From assembly GCA_017461465.1 (NCBI GenBank), contig JAFTYN010000152.1, positions 1 through 49,237 on the forward strand: a DNA stretch of 49,237 nt, in the 5' to 3' direction. The position numbers and the translations under genes were made by a program. The first letter of the stretch is position 1. Every line of letters starts with the position of its first letter. Below, piece after piece: positions 43,452-49,237 of this stretch. The notes under the pieces are model-generated. The model was not told the DNA's origin and did not search any database. It was given only the letters and a program-made list of their open reading frames with translations. The DNA is from Bacilli bacterium. Its GTDB lineage: Bacteria > Bacillota_I > Bacilli_A > RF39 > UBA660.

Positions 43452-43955
43452 CTATTTACTTTGAAATTTGACTGATATATACATATCATTTTCGTAATTA
43501 TTTTGAATTTTTCTAATTATATTATTTGCAAGTTTAGTATCATGCTTATCACTATCTACTACTACTCTAACTTGATTACCATCTATTTTAACAAAAGAAT
43601 TTAAGTTAAATTCTTTTTTTATATCACTTTCTAATTTTTGTTGTTCACTTTTATTTATATTCAAACTTTTCATTTGTTCATATGCATTATTCTTTTCTTT
43701 TACCGATGCATCTTTACTATTTAAAATGTTTTTTAAAGTTTCTAGTTCCTCTAAATAAGATTCTTCATCTTCCACTCTTAAAGCAACTAAAATGGTGCTT
43801 TCTGATATTTCACTTACTACTTCATCGCTTTCTATATCTCCTTTTGTATCTACACTTGTAAGTAATAAATCATTGGGCATTGTAATATAGTATATACTTA
43901 GTACTAATATTAAACTAAATAGTGTTAAAAACCAAATATTTTTCTTATTTACCAT
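43452..43955 (-). CDS. spoIIIAH: SpoIIIAH-like protein (YscJ/FliF-fold ring component of the sporulation feeding-tube)
   Basis: N-terminus KKNIWFLTLFSLILVLSIYYITMP versus B. subtilis KKQTVWLLTMLSLVVVLSVYYIMSP. C-terminus VRVVVDSDKHDTKLANNIIRKI...VKFQSK versus INITVKSDKHSKSKATAIIDLV...VTFEPSK. Preferred start MVNKK at 43955 (GGAGG lies 7 nt upstream). Confidence 0.65.
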   Translation of the reverse strand: MVNKKNIWFLTLFSLILVLSIYYITMPNDLLLTSVDTKGDIESDEVVSEISESTILVALRVEDEESYLEELETLKNILNSKDASVKEKNNAYEQMKSLNINKSEQQKLESDIKKEFNLNSFVKIDGNQVRVVVDSDKHDTKLANNIIRKIQNNYENDMYISVKFQSK

Positions 43956-44007
43956 GTTTTTTTCCTCCATTATCTACTTTATTATACGAATACTAAAGGA
44001 TTTTAGA

Positions 44008-44038
44008 ACAAAAAAAGGATTTATTTATTAAATCCTTT
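44008..44038 (-). terminator. rho-independent terminator after thrS + 64-aa ORF
   Basis: 10-bp stem AAAGGATTTA/TAAATCCTTT (44014..44038) followed on the minus strand by a T-run. It overlaps the stop at 44021. Confidence 0.6.
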
Positions 44039-44215
44039 TTCATTTTCTATAATTCCTGATTCTTTTAAAACTGTACGTGCCCTTAATTTTTTTAATTCAG
44101 CAAGTTTCAAATTTAGTTCTTTTATTTTTTCAGGATCTCTAGTATAAGCCATTTCAAGGCGAATATTATATACTAAATCATGGAACTGTTTTTTACTTAA
44201 ATTTATTTCTTCCAT
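44021..44215 (-). CDS. small helical protein (64 aa), translationally coupled to thrS
   Basis: Its ATG shares one nucleotide with the thrS TAA (TAATG at 44213..44217). The sequence is charged and coiled-coil-like, with no recognisable family. Confidence 0.4.
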   Translation of the reverse strand: MEEINLSKKQFHDLVYNIRLEMAYTRDPEKIKELNLKLAELKKLRARTVLKESGIIENEKGFNK

Positions 44216-45960
44216 TATTTATTTAGTTTTTTACTTTCTATTTCTTCTTTTAGAAGTGCTACAAATTCATCTAAATTCATAGTTACAGTTTCTTCTGAAC
44301 CAAATTTTCTATAACTTACTTCATTGTTATCTCTTTCTTTATCTCCAATAATTAAGTTATATGGAATTTTATGTAATTGAGCATCTCTCATACGATAAGA
44401 AAGTTTTTCATCACGACTATCAAGTTCTACCCTAATACCAGCATTTTCAAATACTTCTTTTAATTTTTGAGCATATTCTAAATGATATTCATTTTTTACT
44501 GGAATGATATTAACTTGAGTTGGAGCAAGCCAAAGTGGGAAAGCTCCTGCAAAATGTTCAATTAAAATTCCAATAAATCTTTCAATAGAACCATAAATAA
44601 CTCTATGAAGCATGATTGGTCTTTTCTTACTTCCATCTGCATCTATATAAGTTAAATCAAATCTTTCTGGTAAATTCATATCTAATTGAATAGTACCACA
44701 TTGCCATACTCTTCCAATTGAATCTTTAATGTGGAAGTCTAGTTTTGGACCATAGAATGCTCCATCACCTGGATTAATTTTACAAGTATGTCCAGCTTCA
44801 CGACAAGCTTTTTCTAAAATAGCTTCTGATTTATTCCATACTTCAATAGAACCTATATATTTTTCTTCAGGTCTTGTAGATAATTCAATATCATAAGTTA
44901 ATCCAAAAATTGAATACATACGATCTATAAAGTTAATTAAGCTAACAATTTCACTTTCAATTTGATCTTCTCTCATGAAAATATGAGCATCATCTTGAGT
45001 AAATGTTCTAACTCTAAATAAACCATTTAAAGCACCACTTGCTTCATGTCTATGTACTTGTCCAAGTTCACCTACTCTAAGTGGTAAATCTTTATAAGAA
45101 TGAAGTGAATTTTTATATACTAACATTCCACCTGGACAGTTCATTGGTTTAATTGCAAATGTTTTTTCGTCGATTTCACTGATATACATATTTTCTCTAT
45201 AGTTAAACCAGTGCCCTGATAATTCCCATAAATCTTTATTAAGCATAATTGGAGTTTTTATAAATTCATAATTTTCTTTAGTATGTTCTTTATACCAGAA
45301 ATTTTCAAGTTCATTTCTTAAAATCATTCCCTTATTCAAGAAGAATGGGAATCCTGGACCATATTCACTAATCATGAATAGTTCAAGTTCTTTACCTAGT
45401 TTTTTATGATCTCTTTTTTTAGCTTCTTCTAAGAAATTTAAATGTGCTTTCAAGTCTTCTTCGTTTTCAAAACAAATACCATAAATTCTTTGAAGCATTT
45501 TGTTATTAGCGTCACCTTTCCAGTAAGCACCACTAAATTTTAATAATTTGAAATGTTTTAATTCTTTAACAGTATCAACGTGTGGTCCACGACATAAATC
45601 AGTAAAGTCTCCTTGAGTATAACAACTAATTATATTTTCTTCTTCATTCATTCTTGAGATTAAGTCTACTTTATACTCATCATCTTTAAACATTTCTAAA
45701 GCTTCTTCTTTAGATATTTCGTGTCTTACTATTCTTTTACCGTCTTTAGCTATTTTCTTCATTTCTTTTTCAATTTTAGGTAAATCTTCTTCTTTAATTA
45801 CATCATCACCTAAATCAATATCATAGTAAAATCCTTCTTCAATAACTGGTCCTACCCAGAATTTAGCTTGAGGATATAAATGCTTTACAGCTTGTGCAAG
45901 TAAGTGAGCACAACTATGATTAATCTTATTTAATCTTTCATCTTCTTTAATATTTATCAT
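44215..45960 (-). CDS. thrS: threonine--tRNA ligase lacking the N-terminal TGS domain
   Basis: HSCAHLLAQAV (editing-domain zinc site) lies at residue about 15, class II core motifs include FRVRTFTQDDAHIF and GTIQLD, and an anticodon-binding domain is present. A T-box leader lies upstream. 581 aa versus about 640 for TGS-containing ThrS. Confidence 0.9.
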   Translation of the reverse strand: MINIKEDERLNKINHSCAHLLAQAVKHLYPQAKFWVGPVIEEGFYYDIDLGDDVIKEEDLPKIEKEMKKIAKDGKRIVRHEISKEEALEMFKDDEYKVDLISRMNEEENIISCYTQGDFTDLCRGPHVDTVKELKHFKLLKFSGAYWKGDANNKMLQRIYGICFENEEDLKAHLNFLEEAKKRDHKKLGKELELFMISEYGPGFPFFLNKGMILRNELENFWYKEHTKENYEFIKTPIMLNKDLWELSGHWFNYRENMYISEIDEKTFAIKPMNCPGGMLVYKNSLHSYKDLPLRVGELGQVHRHEASGALNGLFRVRTFTQDDAHIFMREDQIESEIVSLINFIDRMYSIFGLTYDIELSTRPEEKYIGSIEVWNKSEAILEKACREAGHTCKINPGDGAFYGPKLDFHIKDSIGRVWQCGTIQLDMNLPERFDLTYIDADGSKKRPIMLHRVIYGSIERFIGILIEHFAGAFPLWLAPTQVNIIPVKNEYHLEYAQKLKEVFENAGIRVELDSRDEKLSYRMRDAQLHKIPYNLIIGDKERDNNEVSYRKFGSEETVTMNLDEFVALLKEEIESKKLNK

Positions 45961-46197
45961 ATTATCCCTTCTTTCTACAAATAAAAAACTCCATGCATTT
46001 TTACATGCAAGGAGCGTATGTACGCGGTACCATCCTAATTTATACCTTAATTTAATTTATAACGGAATTACCGATAATCTCTTTCGAGTATAGCTTGTGA
46101 GTAGTTATTTAATTACTAGTATATTAGGCTCTCATCATCCCTAATTTGCTTTGATACATCATAACTAAATCGTGTCTCAGTCATCGCCTTATGACTA
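45961..46197 (-). promoter_or_regulatory. T-box riboswitch leader of thrS (Thr specifier ACU)
   Basis: On the minus strand, GCGATGA (K-turn) lies near the 5' end. The specifier-loop context AATAACTACTCA has ACU at 46105..46103 followed by A. T-box sequence AATTAGGATGGTACCGCG is at 46040..46023. The terminator CTCCTTGCATG-TAAAA-ATGCATGGAG plus TTTTTT is at 46014..45983. Confidence 0.85.
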
Positions 46198-46225
46198 ATT
46201 TTATCACTTTTTTTTAATTTGTCAA
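46198..46225 (-). promoter_or_regulatory. sigma-A promoter of the thrS T-box leader
   Basis: Minus strand reads TTGACA-17 nt-TAAAAT with TG at -15/-14. It starts immediately after the stop of the upstream gene. Confidence 0.6.
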
Positions 46226-48169
46226 CTATTCATTTATTTTTTTATATAACTGTTTTACTTCTTCAACATAGTCATTATCTAAACTCATACGTGTATTCAT
46301 ATGTTCACATAATTCTGTTAAGAATCTTTTTCTTTCATCTAAATCAATACCTCTACCATCATTTATCATAAACTCTACTATTATTCTTTCTATCTCCAAT
46401 GAAGAATAATTACGAAGTGGATTTGTACCATGACAATATGCATCTAATTTAAGACCATTATGTCCAAGATTAGTTACTGAATATACTGAAGGAGGACAGA
46501 TATAATTAATATATGTTAAAAGTTCTTCAAAAGACATATTAGCACCACTTATATCTTTTATTTTATCAATAATATCATTACCATAACTAGATAAATTGAT
46601 ACGATATATAAATGGTATTTCAGGATGTTTTTGAAAGAAATCAGCTATAAAAGAATTAGTTTGAACCATAAATTCTGCAATCATAATACCTGATGGATTA
46701 TTAGATACATCAAGAGGAAGCTCAGCAGTACTATCTTTAAGCGATTTTTTAACTTTCTTAAGTGTTCTATATTTTAAACGTTCATTAGCATTTTGATGCA
46801 TTTTATTAGATATTTGATACATGTTTTTAAGTAATTTAATTTCTTCTAAATCATTTGATGAAACAAGTAAATCATTAGCAGTTTCATAACTATAATTCTT
46901 ATCTACATTAATTAAACATCTATTTATTTTAAAATCTACTACATTAAGTTTACTATCAAGTTCATAGAAAAAGCCAATAGCTTTTTTATCTTCATGAGCA
47001 CTTAAAGATAATTTTCTTGTAAGTGTTTCAGGAAGTAATGTATATGGACCACCTAAAACATAGATAGTCTCTACCCTTTTTCTTGCTTCTAAATCAACTA
47101 AACTATTTCTAGGAACGTCAAGTGTTGCATCTGCTATATAAACTCCAAGTAAATAGTTGCCATTAGGAAGCACTTCTAAAGAGCAAGCATCATCATATAC
47201 CCATGTTCCTTCCTTATCAATCGTAATTGTATATTTATCACGGCAATCTATGTAATCTAACCTACCATGAACATCTTTATCATAGACTGCATCAAGTACT
47301 TCCTTAGGAAAAATAGTTCTAACATCATATTTATAATTTAATTTTTCTATATCATCTACTACTCCTAAATCTTTAATATCTCTAATAGCTTCGTTAATGA
47401 AGAAATCAGTTCTAACTCTATCATATTCTTCTACATGAGAATTTCTAACTTCTACTAAAACTCTTTCTAATTTACGAAGCATCTTTTCTTTAGTCGCTTC
47501 TTCAATATTAAGTTTAGGATCAGATAAGAATAGTTTTATTACTTTTTCATAATATATTATTTCTGAGTGGGTATCTCCCTTTTTAACAATACTAATATAT
47601 TTATCTAATAGTTCTTCTATTAAATAATTACCTTTTTCATTTTTTACATTTAAGTTCTTTGGAAATGTTTTTAAAAGTTCAAACAAATAATTATAATTAC
47701 GTACATCATATATTAAATAATTAAGTAGTTCATACGAAACTTCATCAACTGGCGTCTCACCTGGAACAGTCGGATAATATTTAAGTCCAATTTTTGTTAC
47801 ATTGATAATATCTAGTAATTTTTGAAATACATTAGGCTCTTTAGACGCTAAATCTAACTGACCATCTTTATATAATTTATTTAACCTTCTGTTACAGAGC
47901 CTAGCTAATTTATTTAAATGAGTAGTAACAGAGTCTTTTTCCTTCTGACTTTCTGCTATATCAAAGTATTTAAATATTTTATATAAATATTTGATTTTTT
48001 TAGGGTCTGTTGCAGGATGTAATTCAGTTATTTCATTATATAAAAATTGAAGCAACATCTGCTTTGTTTGAAATTCATTTTTTTTAAACATTTTTGAAAC
48101 TTCATCTAATGGCAAAGTTCCTTTTTCTTTTAAAGTCGTACGTAATCTTTCAAAATTTTTGCTTGACAT
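46226..48169 (-). CDS. RNB-domain (RNase II/R family) protein with an unrelated ~300-aa helical N-terminal region
   Basis: C-terminal half: TIDKEGTWVYDDACS (motif I, partly degenerate), GVYIADATLDV, RVETIYVLGGPYTLLPETLTRKLSLS and TNPLRNYSSLEIERII (motif IV-like). I recognise no CSD or S1 motifs. Confidence 0.6.
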   Translation of the reverse strand: MSSKNFERLRTTLKEKGTLPLDEVSKMFKKNEFQTKQMLLQFLYNEITELHPATDPKKIKYLYKIFKYFDIAESQKEKDSVTTHLNKLARLCNRRLNKLYKDGQLDLASKEPNVFQKLLDIINVTKIGLKYYPTVPGETPVDEVSYELLNYLIYDVRNYNYLFELLKTFPKNLNVKNEKGNYLIEELLDKYISIVKKGDTHSEIIYYEKVIKLFLSDPKLNIEEATKEKMLRKLERVLVEVRNSHVEEYDRVRTDFFINEAIRDIKDLGVVDDIEKLNYKYDVRTIFPKEVLDAVYDKDVHGRLDYIDCRDKYTITIDKEGTWVYDDACSLEVLPNGNYLLGVYIADATLDVPRNSLVDLEARKRVETIYVLGGPYTLLPETLTRKLSLSAHEDKKAIGFFYELDSKLNVVDFKINRCLINVDKNYSYETANDLLVSSNDLEEIKLLKNMYQISNKMHQNANERLKYRTLKKVKKSLKDSTAELPLDVSNNPSGIMIAEFMVQTNSFIADFFQKHPEIPFIYRINLSSYGNDIIDKIKDISGANMSFEELLTYINYICPPSVYSVTNLGHNGLKLDAYCHGTNPLRNYSSLEIERIIVEFMINDGRGIDLDERKRFLTELCEHMNTRMSLDNDYVEEVKQLYKKINE

Positions 48170-48185
48170 GTCATCACCTCAGAAC

Positions 48186-49103
48186 TTATTTTCTTAAATT
48201 TTTACTAATTAATTCCATATCAATAGTAAGCTGTTTAATTCTTTCTGTAATTCTTCTAGCTTTTACTATTTCGTTACCTTCTTTGGTAATACTTAAGTGC
48301 TTTTCTAAGTCTTCTATATTCAAATTAGAAGTAAAGAAAGTACATAATTTATTATCCATACGATACTGAAGTATAGTACATAATATTTCATCTCTTGACC
48401 AAGCTGTTACGTTTTCTGCTCCAATATCATCAATAAAAAGAAGTGGAGTATTTTTAATTTTATTAATCATATTTCGATATTCTAAGTCATAACCAAAATA
48501 TGATTTTATATCTCTTAAAAATTCTGGCCAAAATATGATAGTACTTTTATAACCTTTTTTTGCAAGTTCTGAAAATGTTGCTGATACTAAATAACTTTTT
48601 CCTGCTCCAAAACTACCATGTAGATATAGTCCTTTGGAAACATTTGGATATTCATCTATAAATTTTAATAGATATTCAATTACTTCATATCTAGTAGCAT
48701 CTTTAGAATATATTTCTTTAATATTAGCATCTAATATACCAGCTGGTGTTTGATATAAAGTTATGTTCTTTTTAAAAGCATTATCTTTAAGTATCTTTTC
48801 TTGATACTTACATGCTTTATAATTAAATGCTATTCTCTTACCTTCAATTCTAGGTAAATATGCATGTCCTTTTACTTTATTTTTACATTCAAAAATATTC
48901 TTACAATTTTTACAATTAGCATATTCACAAGCACTTTCCTCTAAAAAAGAAGTATACTTCATAAGAGTATCTTCAGAAGCATTTAATTTAGATACTAATT
49001 CTTTAAATCTTTCATCTTTTAATGCTTCTTTATAGTCTTTTACAAGACTACTTTTATAATTAGTTATACCACATTCTAAAGCAGCATCTTTTATACTATT
49101 CAT
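48186..49103 (-). CDS. dnaI: primosomal helicase loader DnaI
   Basis: N-terminal Cys cluster (CEYANCKNCKNIFEC), Walker A GSFGAGKSY and Walker B FIDDIGAE. 305 aa, located downstream of a dnaB-like gene. Confidence 0.85.
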   Translation of the reverse strand: MNSIKDAALECGITNYKSSLVKDYKEALKDERFKELVSKLNASEDTLMKYTSFLEESACEYANCKNCKNIFECKNKVKGHAYLPRIEGKRIAFNYKACKYQEKILKDNAFKKNITLYQTPAGILDANIKEIYSKDATRYEVIEYLLKFIDEYPNVSKGLYLHGSFGAGKSYLVSATFSELAKKGYKSTIIFWPEFLRDIKSYFGYDLEYRNMINKIKNTPLLFIDDIGAENVTAWSRDEILCTILQYRMDNKLCTFFTSNLNIEDLEKHLSITKEGNEIVKARRITERIKQLTIDMELISKNLRK

Positions 49104-49111
49104 ATTTTCAC

Positions 49112-49237
49112 CTACTTCCTATTAAGCATTTCTTCTATTTTCTTTTGTCTTTCTAAATCCTCTTTTATTTCTATTTTTTTATCAAACCATTCAGGTTTAT
49201 TTTCTTCTTTTTTGCTTACTACTTCTTTTTTGTAAGC
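49112..49237 (-). CDS. 3' end of an upstream gene, probably the replication initiation/membrane attachment protein DnaB (DnaD-domain family)
   Basis: The reverse complement reads ...AYKKEVVSKKEENKPEWFDKKIEIKEDLERQKKIEEMLNRK* with a TAG stop at 49112..49114, 8 nt before the dnaI ATG. The call rests on its position upstream of dnaI and the PEWF motif only. Confidence 0.35.
   Translation of the reverse strand, partial: AYKKEVVSKKEENKPEWFDKKIEIKEDLERQKKIEEMLNRK

Noticed and set aside
44021-44215. The 64-aa helical ORF after thrS might be a Spo0E-like phosphatase or another named small sporulation regulator.
   Set aside because: I could not find the Spo0E SQELD-type motif or any other diagnostic signature. 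It is left as hypothetical.

Overview
This is a very AT-rich segment (by eye well under 30% G+C; not computed). About 50 of roughly 56 genes lie on the minus strand. The standard genetic code applies, because long conserved ORFs are uninterrupted. The host looks like a peptidoglycan-containing, endospore-forming Bacillota: murD, cotE, gerE, gerM and a spoIIIAH-like gene are present. The dnaB-dnaI...thrS and uppS-cdsA-rseP synteny is Bacilli-like. DUF285/BspA repeats and many prepilin-type proteins hint at an Erysipelotrichales or Mollicutes-related lineage, but that placement is a guess.

Core genes recognised from motifs:
- DNA and division: parE-parC (topoisomerase IV), ftsK/spoIIIE, murD, dnaI and the 3' end of a dnaB-like gene.
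- Thiol and sulfur: cysteine desulfurase, a pentapeptide-repeat protein, thioredoxin and a thioredoxin/CcdA-like fusion, and a rhodanese lipoprotein.
- Transport and envelope: a DAACS symporter, an ABC-2 exporter pair, rseP, cdsA, uppS and a GDPD.
- Translation and small metabolism: rpsP, khpA, gmk, a PaaI thioesterase, an SDR, ybaK, T-box-controlled thrS, tRNA-Arg(CCU) and tRNA-Arg(UCU).

No transposase, integrase, CRISPR array or obvious compositional island was seen.

Lineage-specific material is interleaved with the core:
1. Two tandem, self-contained transcription units sit just downstream of ftsK. Each pairs a membrane-hairpin peptidoglycan hydrolase with a lipoprotein.
2. Two further tandem two-gene units at 23.2-25.6 kb each pair a bitopic protein ending in ECGF with a secreted protein ending in GTCGI(F/Y). 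Their C-terminal two-helix hairpin is homologous to the N-terminal anchor of the two hydrolases, and in all four proteins it is flanked by conserved cysteines. I consider this the best candidate for an undescribed system.
3. Four prepilin-type genes occur without any pilus assembly genes. One is a 1050-aa modular pilin: a pilin module, two Ig-like domains and about 20 DUF285/BspA repeats with 300-bp higher-order DNA repeats.
4. A tightly overlapped thiol-redox operon lies directly beside the Cys-bearing secreted proteins.

Most transcription units are bracketed by TGnTATAAT extended -10 promoters and by terminator hairpins built over the stop codon. All domain calls come from motif recognition by eye; no database search was possible.
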